Positions 29,755 to 39,834 are shown, counted from the first letter of the stretch. The stretch is 64,000 nucleotides of DNA from Trueperaceae bacterium (GCA_034520945.1 JAXHNB010000001.1:256001-320000), one strand, 5' to 3'. Translations and numbers: made by a program. Notes: generated from the sequence alone by a model not told the origin.

Positions 29755-31268
29755 GGCGCCGCCTCCAGGAACGCTTGGGCGGCCTCGTCGCCGAGCACGG
29801 CGCGGACGTAGCCTTGCGGGTTCATCAGTTCGTCCCCCGCGGCTTGGGACAGCGCCAGGAACGGCCCGCTCCAGAACCCGATCAGCAGGGTCACCGCGGC
29901 CAACCCCGCGACCGGCGCGATCATCGCCCACGGCGGGCGCGGGCCCACCTCGCGCCCCTCCGGGGCGGGCTTCCAGAACGCGGCCTGCCAGATCTTGGTC
30001 ATGGAGTAGATGGTCAGCAGGCCCACCACCAGCGCCACCGCCACCAGGGCCCAGTTGCCGCTCTCGACCCCCGCGAGCAACACGGCCAGCTTGGCCCAGA
30101 ACCCCGACAGCGGCGGGAAGCCGGCCAGCGAGAAGGCCGGCACCAGGAACAACGCCGCCAGCAACGGCCGGTGCCGGTACAGCCCGCCCAAGCGGTCGAG
30201 CTCGAAGCTGCCGCCGGCGTGCCGCGCCAGGCCCGACACGAAGAACAGGTTCGCCTTGACGATGATGTGGTGCACCAGGTAGAACACCGCCCCCGCCAGG
30301 GCGAACGGCGTGTACAGCGCCAGTCCCATGATCATGTAGCCGATCTGGCTGATGATGTGAAACGACAGGATCTTGCGGAACTCGTTCTGCGCGGCGGCGC
30401 CCAACACGCCGGTCAGCATGGTGAACCCCGCCAGCCACGCCAGGACCCCGTGCGTCCACCCCACGTCCTGCGTGAACAACAGCGTGAACGCCCGCATCAG
30501 CGCGTACACGCCGACCTTGGTGAGCATGCCGGCGAAGATCGCCGACACCGCCACCGGCGGGGTGTGGTACGAGGCCGGCAACCAGAAGAACAGCGGGAAG
30601 ATCGCCGCCTTGATCCCGAACGCCACCAGGAACAACATCGCCAGCACCGTGGCCAGCGCGTCCGGGACGTGGTGCAACGCCCCGGCCAGGTCGGCCATGT
30701 TCAGAGTGCCGGTCGCGCCGTAGGTGAGGCCGATCGCGGCGAGGAACAACAGCGACGACACCAGGTTCACCGCGACGTACTTGAGGCCGCCCTCCAGCTG
30801 CGCGCGCCGATTGCCGAGCGTCAACAGCGCGAACGACGCGATCAGCAGCACCTCGAACCAGACGTACATGTTGAACAGGTCGCCGGTGAGAAAGGCGCCG
30901 TTGATGCCCGCGAGGAGCACCTGGAACAGCGGGTGGTACCCCAGCGCCTCGCGGGCCGGATCGATGTCGCGGAGCGCGTACACGGCCGTCGCGAACGCCA
31001 TCACCCCGCTGATGGCCGTCATGATGGCGGACAGGTGGTCGGCCACCAGGCTGATGCCGAACGGCGCGGGCCAGCCCCCCGCCTGCATCACCTGGATGCC
31101 GTCCTGCGACACGCGCGCCAGCAGCGCCAGCGTCAGCAGCAGCAACGCCGCGCTGGCCCCGGTCGAGATCCAGCGTTGGGCACTGCGGCGGCCGTACAGC
31201 GCGAAGCCCAGGGCGGCCGCCGCCAGCGGAAGGGCGACGGGGGAGACCAGCAGCCAGTTCACGGCCAC
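29751..31268 (-). CDS. mrpD: Mrp antiporter subunit D (copy 1)
   Basis: GGWPAPFGI, TGDLFNMYVWFEV, FFWLPASY, LTKVGVY, GFPPLSGFWAK. Confidence 0.94.
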   Translation of the reverse strand: MAVNWLLVSPVALPLAAAALGFALYGRRSAQRWISTGASAALLLLTLALLARVSQDGIQVMQAGGWPAPFGISLVADHLSAIMTAISGVMAFATAVYALRDIDPAREALGYHPLFQVLLAGINGAFLTGDLFNMYVWFEVLLIASFALLTLGNRRAQLEGGLKYVAVNLVSSLLFLAAIGLTYGATGTLNMADLAGALHHVPDALATVLAMLFLVAFGIKAAIFPLFFWLPASYHTPPVAVSAIFAGMLTKVGVYALMRAFTLLFTQDVGWTHGVLAWLAGFTMLTGVLGAAAQNEFRKILSFHIISQIGYMIMGLALYTPFALAGAVFYLVHHIIVKANLFFVSGLARHAGGSFELDRLGGLYRHRPLLAALFLVPAFSLAGFPPLSGFWAKLAVLLAGVESGNWALVAVALVVGLLTIYSMTKIWQAAFWKPAPEGREVGPRPPWAMIAPVAGLAAVTLLIGFWSGPFLALSQAAGDELMNPQGYVRAVLGDEAAQAFLEAAP

Positions 31269-31666
31269 GTCGCGTCCTCGTCCTCTTCGGGTCCGTCCAG
31301 GCCAGGCACCGGCCGTGGGTCGGCCATGCGTTCCGCCATGCGTTCGGTCTTGACCGTGCCGAGTCGCTCGTAGGTCCGCAGCAGCAGCACCAGCGTGAAC
31401 ACGGTGAGCCCGAAGCTGATCACGATCGCGGTGAGGATCAATGCCTGCGGCAGCGCGTTGGCGGCCCCGTCGGGGGGGACGGACGCGCCCGCGGGCACCA
31501 ACGGCGGCACCTCTTTTGTCAGGCGGCCCAGCACGAAGATCGCGACGTTCACCGAGCCGGACATCAGGATGAGCCCGAACACGAAGCGCAGCATGTTGCG
31601 TTGCATCACCAGGTACAGGCCGGAGGCGAAGAGCGCCCCGACCACGATCGCGACGGGGACCTCCAT
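31259..31666 (-). CDS. mrpC: Mrp antiporter subunit C (copy 1)
   Basis: LPQALILTAIVISFG. Confidence 0.93.
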   Translation of the reverse strand: MEVPVAIVVGALFASGLYLVMQRNMLRFVFGLILMSGSVNVAIFVLGRLTKEVPPLVPAGASVPPDGAANALPQALILTAIVISFGLTVFTLVLLLRTYERLGTVKTERMAERMADPRPVPGLDGPEEDEDATWP

Positions 31667-32076
31667 CAGTGTTCCTCCAACGCGAACAACATGGTGAGCA
31701 CCACCCCGATCACCACCAGGTACACCCCGACGTCGAACAACAGCGGCGTGCTGAGCTTGAGTTCCAACCCGCCCAGGTCGCGGATCCACCACAGCCCCGT
31801 CAGGAACTCCCGGCCGGCCAGGGCGGCCAGCAGGCCCGCCCCCGCGGCGGCGGAGAGCCCGAGGCCGATCACCGCTTGCGGCGTCACCCGAAGCAGCTGG
31901 GCGGCCGCCGGGGCGCCGTAGGCGATGGCGTACAAGGCCAATGCCGCCGCCGCCACGAGCCCGCCGATGAAGCCGCCGCCCGGCAGGTCGTGCCCGCGGA
32001 GGAGCAAGAACACCGAAAGCAAGAGCAGAACCGTGATCAGCAGGCGCGTGGCCGTCCGGAGGATCATGCTGTTCAT
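31666..32076 (-). CDS. mrpB: Mrp antiporter subunit B (copy 1)
   Basis: [25 protein letters not shown]. Confidence 0.93.
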   Translation of the reverse strand: MNSMILRTATRLLITVLLLLSVFLLLRGHDLPGGGFIGGLVAAAALALYAIAYGAPAAAQLLRVTPQAVIGLGLSAAAGAGLLAALAGREFLTGLWWIRDLGGLELKLSTPLLFDVGVYLVVIGVVLTMLFALEEH

Positions 32077-34535
32077 GGCGTGCCCCCCTCCTCGGGCGGA
32101 TCCGACCGTTCGGAGGGGTCGCCCGGGCCCTCCCCGTCTCCGGCGTCGCCGTCGGGGTCGCGGCGGCCCGCCGGCATCGGTGCGGCCGCCGCGCGCGAGG
32201 ACGCCAGGCTCCGGAACGGTCCTGGGGCGGCGCTCGGGGCGTCGGGATGCGGACGGCTCCGGGCGCGCTGCAGCAGGGAGAACACCCCCGTGGCGGCCAC
32301 GGCCAGCACCGTGATCTCGCCGAGCGTGTCCAACGCGCGGAAGTCGACCAGGATCACGTTCACGATGTTTCGGCCGTGGGCGGCGGGGTAGCTCTGCTGC
32401 TCGAAGTAGGTCGTGAGGGTGGGGTCGAACGGCGTCGACAGCACCGCCAGCATCAGGGTGGTCAGCAGGATGCCGCCCGTCACCGCCACCACCCCGGCCA
32501 GGGCGCGCACGCCGTCCCGGACCGGCTCGCGCAGCAAGGCGTGCGGGAGCCGCACCAGCACCAGCGCCACGATGATCACCACCAGCGTCTCGACCAGGAA
32601 CTGCGTGATGGCCAGGTCGGGGGCGGCGAACAGCACGAACACGAATGCGATGCCGAACCCGACCACCCCCAGCGCCGTGATCGCCTCCAGGCGCGAGTGG
32701 GCGCGGACCACCGCCAGCGCCGCCACCACCGTGATCAGCAGGAACAGGTACTCGTACACCGTGCCGCCGGTGAATGGCGGGGCGATGCGGAGTCCGCCCT
32801 TCACCGCCAGCGTGAGCGCGGTCAGGCCGAACGCGAAGGAGAGGATGATCGTGAGGTAGTGCCGCAGGTCGTTCGACTGCAGCACCCGCGTCTGCCACTG
32901 CGCCAGGCGCACCAGTCCCCCCATGGTGTGTTCGTAAGCCTGCGCCGGGCCGAACGATCGCTCGCCGTACCGCCTGCGGAGCATGAGGTGTACGGCCCGC
33001 CAACGCCAGGTGAGAACGGCCCCCAACAGGAGCGTCACCGCCGACAGGCCCAGGGCGGGGGTGAGGCCATGCCACAGGTAGATCGACACCCCGGTCGCAG
33101 CGCCGTGCACCGCGCCGGCGGCCGGCGCCAGCAGACCGTCCTGCACCAGGGCAGGCGCCACCCCGAACACGAGTCCCAGACCGGCCAGCGTCATCGGGCC
33201 CGCCGTCATCGACAGCGGCGCCTCGTGGGGCGCCTTGGGGGCGCGTGGCGTGCCGCCGGCGAAGGGGCGCCACGCCACCAGCACTGTGATCACCACCATC
33301 GCGGCGTTGGCCGCGACCAGGACGGCCAACGGCAGTGGCTGCGACAGGAGCGACTCGTAGACGAGTTCCTTGCCGACGAAGCCGAGCATGGGCAGGATCC
33401 CCGCCGCACTGAGGCCGGCCGCCAGCGCGATGGTCCACGTCACCGGCATCAGGCGCCCCACCCCGGACAACTCGGTGACGTCCCGCGTGCCGGCCTCGTG
33501 ATCCAGGCTTCCGGCCACCATGAACAGCGGCGCCTTGTACAGCGCGTGCGCCAGCATGTACACCACCATGGCGGTGGCGGCGTAGCGGGTGTCGATGCCG
33601 ATCAGCAGCACGAGGGTGCCCAACGCGATCAGCGTCGAGTAGGCCAGCAACCGTTTGGCGTCGCGTTGCAGCAGCGCCAGCACCGCCGCCGCCACCACGG
33701 TGGCTGCGCCCGCCAGCACCAACAGCCAGGTCCACGCCGCGGTGCCGCCCAACGCCGGAGCGGTGCGGGCCAACAGGTACACGCCCGCTTTGACCATGGT
33801 GGCGCTGTGCAGGTAGGCGGACACCGGCGTGGGGGCCGCCATGGCGTTGGGCAGCCAGAAGTGGAACGGGAACTGCGCCGACTTGGTGAACGCGCCGGCG
33901 GCGACCAGTGCCAGCATGGGCAGGTACCACCCCGAGGCGTGCAGGAGCGCTGGATCGGCCAGGATCTCGGAGATGCGGAAGGTGCCGGCGGCGGCGCCCA
34001 TCATCAGGAAGCCTGCCAGCATGGCCAGCCCCCCGGCCGCGGTCACCAGCATGGCCTGCAGCGCGTTGGCGCGGCTGCCGGCGTCCTCGTGGCCGTAGCC
34101 GATCAGGAAGTAGGAGGTGAAGCTGGTCAACTCCCAGAACACGAACAGCGTGATCAGGTCGTCGGCCAGGACGACGCCCAGCATGGCGCCCATGAAGGCG
34201 AACAGCAGCAGGAAAAAGCGTGGCAACTGCCGGTCGCCGCGCAGGTACCCCCCGGCGTACACGGTGATCACCGTGCCGATCCCCGTGATCATCAGCGCGA
34301 ACAAAAGCGACAGGCCGTCCAGGCGGAAGGCCGCGTCGACCCCGAGTTGGGGCACCCACGTCACGCTCTGCACCAGCGCACCGCCGTCGCGCACGGCCGG
34401 CGACAGCGCCAGGAAGTAGGCGGTCAGCCCTCCGGGCAATAGGGCCAGGACCCAGCCGGCGCGGTCGGCCAGCGGCCGGGTCAGGACCGGCGCGGCCAAC
34501 CCGGCGGCGAACGCGGCCAGAACGGCGATCAGCAT
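32073..34535 (-). CDS. mrpA: Mrp antiporter subunit A (copy 1)
   Basis: [67 protein letters not shown]. Confidence 0.95.
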   Translation of the reverse strand: MLIAVLAAFAAGLAAPVLTRPLADRAGWVLALLPGGLTAYFLALSPAVRDGGALVQSVTWVPQLGVDAAFRLDGLSLLFALMITGIGTVITVYAGGYLRGDRQLPRFFLLLFAFMGAMLGVVLADDLITLFVFWELTSFTSYFLIGYGHEDAGSRANALQAMLVTAAGGLAMLAGFLMMGAAAGTFRISEILADPALLHASGWYLPMLALVAAGAFTKSAQFPFHFWLPNAMAAPTPVSAYLHSATMVKAGVYLLARTAPALGGTAAWTWLLVLAGAATVVAAAVLALLQRDAKRLLAYSTLIALGTLVLLIGIDTRYAATAMVVYMLAHALYKAPLFMVAGSLDHEAGTRDVTELSGVGRLMPVTWTIALAAGLSAAGILPMLGFVGKELVYESLLSQPLPLAVLVAANAAMVVITVLVAWRPFAGGTPRAPKAPHEAPLSMTAGPMTLAGLGLVFGVAPALVQDGLLAPAAGAVHGAATGVSIYLWHGLTPALGLSAVTLLLGAVLTWRWRAVHLMLRRRYGERSFGPAQAYEHTMGGLVRLAQWQTRVLQSNDLRHYLTIILSFAFGLTALTLAVKGGLRIAPPFTGGTVYEYLFLLITVVAALAVVRAHSRLEAITALGVVGFGIAFVFVLFAAPDLAITQFLVETLVVIIVALVLVRLPHALLREPVRDGVRALAGVVAVTGGILLTTLMLAVLSTPFDPTLTTYFEQQSYPAAHGRNIVNVILVDFRALDTLGEITVLAVAATGVFSLLQRARSRPHPDAPSAAPGPFRSLASSRAAAAPMPAGRRDPDGDAGDGEGPGDPSERSDPPEEGGTP

Positions 34536-34790
34536 GGCGGCACCCCGGTCGCCTCCCGGGGGGCACGCGGCGGTGCGCCGGCGGGCCTGCGGGCGTCAGG
34601 GGGAACGGTCGTACGGGCCACGGCGGGTCCGTGCGGCCTGCTCATCGATCATGCCTCCTCGGCGCCGGCCCAGGGGGCGGCTGGGTGCGAACATCGGGAC
34701 GCGAACGCGGATCGATCCGAAGCGGCCCAGGGCCGACCGCGGACCGCGTCCGCCCTGCGGGCGGCGGTTCCGCGCGCGTGCGTGACGCCG

Positions 34791-34796
34791 ATTGTA
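34791..34796 (-). promoter_or_regulatory. Probable -10 box of the mrp operon, giving a ~250-nt leader
   Basis: TACAAT on the minus strand within otherwise very GC-rich DNA. Confidence 0.45.
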
Positions 34797-34879
34797 TACC
34801 GGGGGCGCGTCCCCCTGGGCATCCCGCCCGGCATGCGGTCGGCACGGGCGGCGTCTGGAGGCCGTCCGTGCGGGCGCCG

Positions 34880-36670
34880 CTACCGTGCGACGCCGGTGGG
34901 TTCCGCTTCGGGCTGCAGGTAGGCGAGGACGCCGCCGGCCCGGTACAGCGCCCGGTCGTACGCCGGCGGCGGCGCGGCTTCGAAGGCGTGACCGTCGATC
35001 CAGACGCGGCCCGCGTCCGGGTCCACGCGCACCACGCTGTCGGGTGCGACGCGCTGGAACGCGTCGGGCGCCGCCAGGGTCAGCACGGGCAGCCCTTCGT
35101 CGCGGGCGCCCGCGAGGTAGACCGGCGCCACGCCGCGTGCCACCACGGCCTGCACGCCGGCTGCGCGCAGGGCCCGCACCGAGGAGGCGCGGTTGCTGCC
35201 GACCCCGAACACCCCGTCGGCCAGCACCACCCCGCCGTCCAGCGCGTCCAGCACCTGCGGACGCGCCGATTCGGGCAGGAGGTGGTGGAACAGCAGGCGG
35301 CGCAGCACGGCCGGGTCCCCGTCCGCGCTGGTGCCGACGCCGGGCACCGCCGAGGGCGTCAGGTCGTCGGTGGTGACGGTGCCGTGCAGCAGCAACGCAT
35401 TGCCGTGGCGCGGCCGTTGCAGGCCGGGTCGGGACCGTGATGGCGCACAGGCGCCCGCCTCGGTGCCGCGCCCGCCGGCGCCCGTCGCGCCGAGCCGGCC
35501 CGTGCGGGCCGCCCGGCCCGCCGTCCGTCCCGAGGCCAACAGGATCTCGGCGTCCGCTGCGCCCATGCGGCCCGCCGCGTTGCGGTTGCCGGTCGTGACC
35601 GCTCGGGCGCCGGGGCCCAGACGGCCGGGGCCGAAGCCGAAGCAGGGGCCGCAGCCCGGCGGGAGCACGGTGACGCCGGCGCGCACGAGCCGTGCCAGCA
35701 CGCCGGATTCGTCCAGCCGGCGCGCCACCTCGCGCGAGGCGGGCGCGACCCAGGCCGGCACGCGCGACCTGGGCCCCAGCGCGTCGGCGAAGGCGGCGAT
35801 CTCCTCGACCGTCCCCCCGGAGCACGTCCCCACGAACACCTGGTCCACGCGGTCCCCCGCCAGGTCGTCCAGTGCCACCACGTCGGAGGCGCTTCCGCCC
35901 CGCGCCACCCGGGGCGTGATCCGGTCCAGGTCCAGACGCAACGCGGCGAACGTGCCCGCCTCCCCCGCGGGCGTGGCGGTCCGCGCGTCCGGCGTGAACA
36001 CGGCGGTGATCGCCGTGGCCTCGGGGGCGGCGTTGGCCAGCACCGCCCGCTCCGAGGCGCTCAGCGACCCTACGCCGTCGCCGAAGAACTCCAGCGCGCG
36101 GCCACAGGCGACCGGAAGGCCCGTCCCGTCGTCGCGGAGGCGGGACAGCAGCGTCAACATGGCGTCCCGCGCGCTGACGCCCGGCGCCAGGCGTCCGCGC
36201 AGCTCCACCCCGACGGTGTGCGGCACCACCAGCGGCAGGTGTCCCGTGTGCATGCAGGCGGCGAACGTGGTCGGCTGAGCGGCGAACGCCGCCGCCCCGA
36301 ACGCGCCCAGGGTGGGTGCGTGCGAGTCGTTGCCGACCACCACGTCGCCGGGGCGCACGTAGCCGGCGGCGGGCAGGACGTGGTGCTGGATGCCCTCCCG
36401 CGCCAGCAGGGTGGCGTCGTACGTTCCTACGAACGCATCCCGCTCGTGCAGGAGCCGCACGGCGCGTTCGCGCTCCTCGCCCTGGTAGGTGCCCGGGTCG
36501 TAGGTGTGGTCGTGCACCAGCACCAGCGGACTGGCGGCGCGCGTCGTCCCCAACGCCTGCAGTGGCGCGCGCAAGGCCGGCGTGGTCCAGTCGTCGGTGA
36601 CCAGCAGATCGATGGCGCGCCGCACCGGCGTGCCCGCCGGGGCGCCCAGCAGGCGCTCGATGGCCGTCAC
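34880..36670 (-). CDS. Aconitase-family (de)hydratase, LeuC-like large and LeuD-like swivel domains fused (copy 1)
   Basis: VHDH, GIQHHV, GNDSH, VFVGTCSGG, PGCGPC (three Fe-S cysteines), TGNRN; C-terminal TTDDLTP and FGVGSNR..ALRAAGVQAVVA. Confidence 0.85.
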   Translation of the reverse strand: MTAIERLLGAPAGTPVRRAIDLLVTDDWTTPALRAPLQALGTTRAASPLVLVHDHTYDPGTYQGEERERAVRLLHERDAFVGTYDATLLAREGIQHHVLPAAGYVRPGDVVVGNDSHAPTLGAFGAAAFAAQPTTFAACMHTGHLPLVVPHTVGVELRGRLAPGVSARDAMLTLLSRLRDDGTGLPVACGRALEFFGDGVGSLSASERAVLANAAPEATAITAVFTPDARTATPAGEAGTFAALRLDLDRITPRVARGGSASDVVALDDLAGDRVDQVFVGTCSGGTVEEIAAFADALGPRSRVPAWVAPASREVARRLDESGVLARLVRAGVTVLPPGCGPCFGFGPGRLGPGARAVTTGNRNAAGRMGAADAEILLASGRTAGRAARTGRLGATGAGGRGTEAGACAPSRSRPGLQRPRHGNALLLHGTVTTDDLTPSAVPGVGTSADGDPAVLRRLLFHHLLPESARPQVLDALDGGVVLADGVFGVGSNRASSVRALRAAGVQAVVARGVAPVYLAGARDEGLPVLTLAAPDAFQRVAPDSVVRVDPDAGRVWIDGHAFEAAPPPAYDRALYRAGGVLAYLQPEAEPTGVAR

Positions 36671-36689
36671 GGGTCGCTCCGGGCGCGGA

Positions 36690-37997
36690 TCACGAACGAG
36701 CGCCGGCCTCGAAGCAGTAGCGGGGCGCATCGAAGCGCCGGGCCAGAGCGATCACGTCGTGGCGGACCCGTTCGATGGCGCGGCGGCCGGTGAGCACGTC
36801 GGCGATGGCGCCCGATAGGTCCGCCATTTCGCCCTCGCCCATGCCGAGGCGGGTGATCTCGGGCACGCCCAGGCGCAGGCCCTTTTGCCCGAGGGTGGGG
36901 ATCAGGTTGACGTTGCCGATCAGGTGTGCGTCGTGCAGGCGCTCCACCGCCTCGTCGGGCGGCATCTGCGGCCGCACGTCCAGCCATACCTGGTGCGACG
37001 CCGTGCGCTGGGCGCCGCCCTGTACGGCGAGCCCGTGTCCGGCCAGCCCCTCCGCCAGCGCCCGGGCATTGGCGAGCATCTGCCGCGCGTAGTCGGCGCC
37101 GAACGCCCGCATCTCGGCCAGGGTCACCGCCAGGGCCGCCACGTGATGGAGATGGAAGTTGGAGACGTGACCGGGGAAGATCGTCGCCTCGACCGCCTCC
37201 ATCAGCTCGTCCCGGTCGGTGAGGATCATGCCCTTCTGCGGGCCTGGCAGCGACTTGTGGCAGCTGCCCGACAGCACGTCGGCCCCCTCGCGGAGCGGGT
37301 CCTGAAAGGTGCCGCCCAGGATCAGGCCGAACACCTGGGACGCGTCGTACACGATGATGGTGTCATTGCCCGCCAGCCGGCGCAGCTCCCGCACCGGGTG
37401 GGGGAACAGCACCATCGACGCGTCCAGGTAGATCACGTCCGGCGGTGCCTCGGCGAAGGCGTGCGCGCACGCGCCCAAGTCCACCACCGCGTTCGTGCGG
37501 TCGAAGGGCAGCAGGTGCCGGTCGGCGCCGATGCGGTCGGCCACGCTGCGGGCCGCGAAGTGGCCGCCGTCCTCCATCGCCAGGTGATAGAACACGTCGC
37601 CCGGCCCGACCAGCGCGTCGATCACGATGTTGGTGCAGTTCTCGCCCGACAGTGGGCGTACGTTGGCGTGGCGGACGCCGAACGCCTCGCGCGCCAGGTC
37701 CTTGGCCGACTCCTCCAGCGTGGCCAGGTGCTTGCCGCCGACGTAGCGCCACTGCGGGTTCTGGAACAGGTAGCGGTGCGAGGCGTCGCTGGCCAGCACG
37801 CGCCGGGCCAACGGGCTGAGCACGTTCTCGGTGGGGACCAGGCCGATGCAGTCGCGGCGGTAGGCGTCGTGCTGGTCCACCGCGGCCAGCACGTCCGCCA
37901 GTTGGGGCACGGCATGGTCCGCCTGGGGCGTGGCCGGGGCGTGATGCCGGGCGTGGGGTGGAGCGAGGGGGGTCGAAGAGGTGGGGGGTCGGGTCAT
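36690..37997 (-). CDS. PLP-dependent SHMT-fold enzyme, non-canonical (archaeal-SHMT / threonine-transaldolase-like) (copy 1)
   Basis: LVPTENVLSP, NVRPLSG, GGHF, YDASQ, SGSCHKSLPGPQKG (PLP Lys), GLRLG; lacks YAEG. Confidence 0.82.
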   Translation of the reverse strand: MTRPPTSSTPLAPPHARHHAPATPQADHAVPQLADVLAAVDQHDAYRRDCIGLVPTENVLSPLARRVLASDASHRYLFQNPQWRYVGGKHLATLEESAKDLAREAFGVRHANVRPLSGENCTNIVIDALVGPGDVFYHLAMEDGGHFAARSVADRIGADRHLLPFDRTNAVVDLGACAHAFAEAPPDVIYLDASMVLFPHPVRELRRLAGNDTIIVYDASQVFGLILGGTFQDPLREGADVLSGSCHKSLPGPQKGMILTDRDELMEAVEATIFPGHVSNFHLHHVAALAVTLAEMRAFGADYARQMLANARALAEGLAGHGLAVQGGAQRTASHQVWLDVRPQMPPDEAVERLHDAHLIGNVNLIPTLGQKGLRLGVPEITRLGMGEGEMADLSGAIADVLTGRRAIERVRHDVIALARRFDAPRYCFEAGARS

Positions 37998-38319
37998 GAC
38001 GGACACCTGCCAGGGGCTGGGGGCGAGACGGTTGCCGTCGGCGGGGTGCCTGGACGGCGTGGCCTTCGGTGCTGGGCCGATGCCGCGCGGGTGCCTTCAT
38101 TCCGAAAGTGGAAGCCGCGCCCGCTCGACACTGGGCCTAAGGAAACCAAAGATTGCGACGAATTGCAAGCGATCCGAAAGCGACCCGGGGCCCGCCGTCA
38201 CCCGAGTCGAGACGCGGCCGAGGGGGCGTGGACGCCCTGGCGCGGGTCCTGCCCGCGCGAGGACGGCCGGGACGTTCGCCCGCCCGCAGGTTCGGTAGGC
38301 TGACCGGCAAGGAGGCCCC

Positions 38320-38637
38320 ATGGACGTACCCGAGGGCGCACAGGAACAGATGGAGCTGCTGTACGGACGCGAAGCGTGGACGTTGCTGCACGCCTGGATC
38401 GGCGAGGGCGCCGTCCTCGCCGTGGTCGCCGTCGCGGCCGACGGCGTGTTCGACCAGGAGGAGGACGCGTTCAACGTGGACGGCGTACGCCTCGACTACC
38501 TGCAGTTGACGGAGGAGGAGGACGGGGCCTGGTCGTCCAGCGTCGACGCCAGCGCCGAGCTCGGTGACGTGTTTGGCGAGTTGGTGCACGCCTTCGAGCA
38601 TCGCGAACACAGCGGGAGCGAGCCGCTCGAGTCCTGA
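38320..38637 (+). CDS. Small acidic hypothetical protein (copy 1)
   Basis: TAGGCT -10 and AAGGAGG SD before ATG; GC3-biased codons. Confidence 0.65.
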   Translation: MDVPEGAQEQMELLYGREAWTLLHAWIGEGAVLAVVAVAADGVFDQEEDAFNVDGVRLDYLQLTEEEDGAWSSSVDASAELGDVFGELVHAFEHREHSGSEPLES

Positions 38638-38663
38638 AGCAGGGGCGCGCCCTGGGGGTGGCG

Positions 38664-39200
38664 ATGCCTGGGCGACCGCTCCGTGCGTTCGCGCATGGAC
38701 TGTGCCGCAGTGCTGTCGCGCTGGCGTGGGGGGTGCTCCTCGCCGCCTGCGCGCCCGGGCCCACCTCGGGGGTGGTCGCCACGGCGCAGGTCGGTGACGC
38801 GGCCGACGGCGCTAGGGAGGGGGTTTCCCCCCGGGCCGAGCTCGTTGCGCTGGCGAACCGGGCCCGTAGCGAACCGCGCGCCTGCGGCGACAGCTGGTTC
38901 GACGCGGCCGAACCGCTGCAGATCGACCCCACCCTGATGGACGTCGCGCAGGCGCACAGCGAGGATCAGCGCGCCTTGGGCGTGGCCACCCACGTCGGGC
39001 CCGAGGGGCGCGGTCCGTCCGGCCGCGTGGAGGACAGCGTGTACGAATGGTCGCGCGTGGGGGAGAACGTGGCCTCGGGGTACGACTCGGCGCAGAGCCT
39101 CGTCCGGGCGGTCCTGGACAGCGAGGGGCATTGCGCCAACCTCATGGACCCGGACTTCCGCCACACCGGCGTGGGCTACTCCGGCGGCTACTGGACGCAG
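38664..39200 (+). pseudogene. CAP-domain lipoprotein truncated at the duplication junction (loses VFATPR-stop and reads through into copy 2)
   Basis: LLAAC lipobox, AQAHSEDQ, GENVASG, SEGHCANLM, YWTQ and then divergence from the intact copy. Confidence 0.75.
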
Positions 39201-39536
39201 CACGACCCCGACCAAGCCCCAGACGAGCCAGTTCGGCCGGGCCCTTGCGCCCTGGCGGCCCGATCCGTGCGGCGTACCCGCCGGCGGGATCTCCACGCCG
39301 CCTGCCGGAACGTCGGGCGTCCGGTCGACCACCGGCGTGCCCGCCACCCAGTGCAGATAGCCCGCGTCGCCCGGCGTCAGCTCGTCGCTCCAGGCGTACG
39401 CGTGGGACTCCTCGACCTCGAAGGTGCGGCCGGTCCGGTCCGAGCGCCACTCCTGTATGTGCGCCCCTCCCTCCGCGGTGCGGTCCGACCGCACGTAGCG
39501 AACCGCCCAGACGTCGGGATCACGTCGCGAACTCAT
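39201..39536 (-). pseudogene. Copy 2 of the small leaderless protein, 3' end cut by the junction
   Basis: Same N-terminus (MSSRRDPDVW...) but reads LVGVVLRPV... into the antisense of the CAP gene. Confidence 0.5.
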
Positions 39537-39834
39537 CCCCCGAGTGTAGCGCCGTGCGCGATCCTCGCCGGTCCCTGCGCCAGCCTCGACGACGCGGCCC
39601 ATCACACTAAGACCACCGCCAGCACGCTCGCGCCCGCCTGCCAGGCGATGTAGCGCGCGTGCATGGCATCCAGCGGGTAAAGCGTCCGACATCGCCGCCC
39701 GCCCCCGGTCGTTACCCTACGAAACGTAATTGCACGCCGGCACGCTCCGCGCTCATCGGTCGACCATCGAGGCGCCCGAGGCCCACCCGGGCCCCATGCC
39801 GTGCCGCGTGCCCCTCGGAAGGGAGGAGTTTTCC

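Larger units (their letters stand above)
18900..39200 (+). repeat. Tandem duplication, copy 1 (~20.3 kb)
   Basis: Sequence and ORF track recur at offset +20290, then +20289 and +20288 after two 1-bp deletions in copy 2. Confidence 0.97.

Noticed and set aside
31666..34566. Apparent 966-aa MrpA-MrpB fusion (and the 747-aa pncB, 636-aa nadE and 392-aa mrpE ORFs)
   Set aside because: The N-terminal extensions are Arg/Pro-rich out-of-frame read-through of the upstream gene; true starts overlap the upstream stops.
38000..38130. Glycine, ZTP or THF riboswitch upstream of the SHMT-like gene
   Set aside because: Only fragments (ACCGAAGG, CAGG) resemble the glycine aptamer; the conserved cores are not present.
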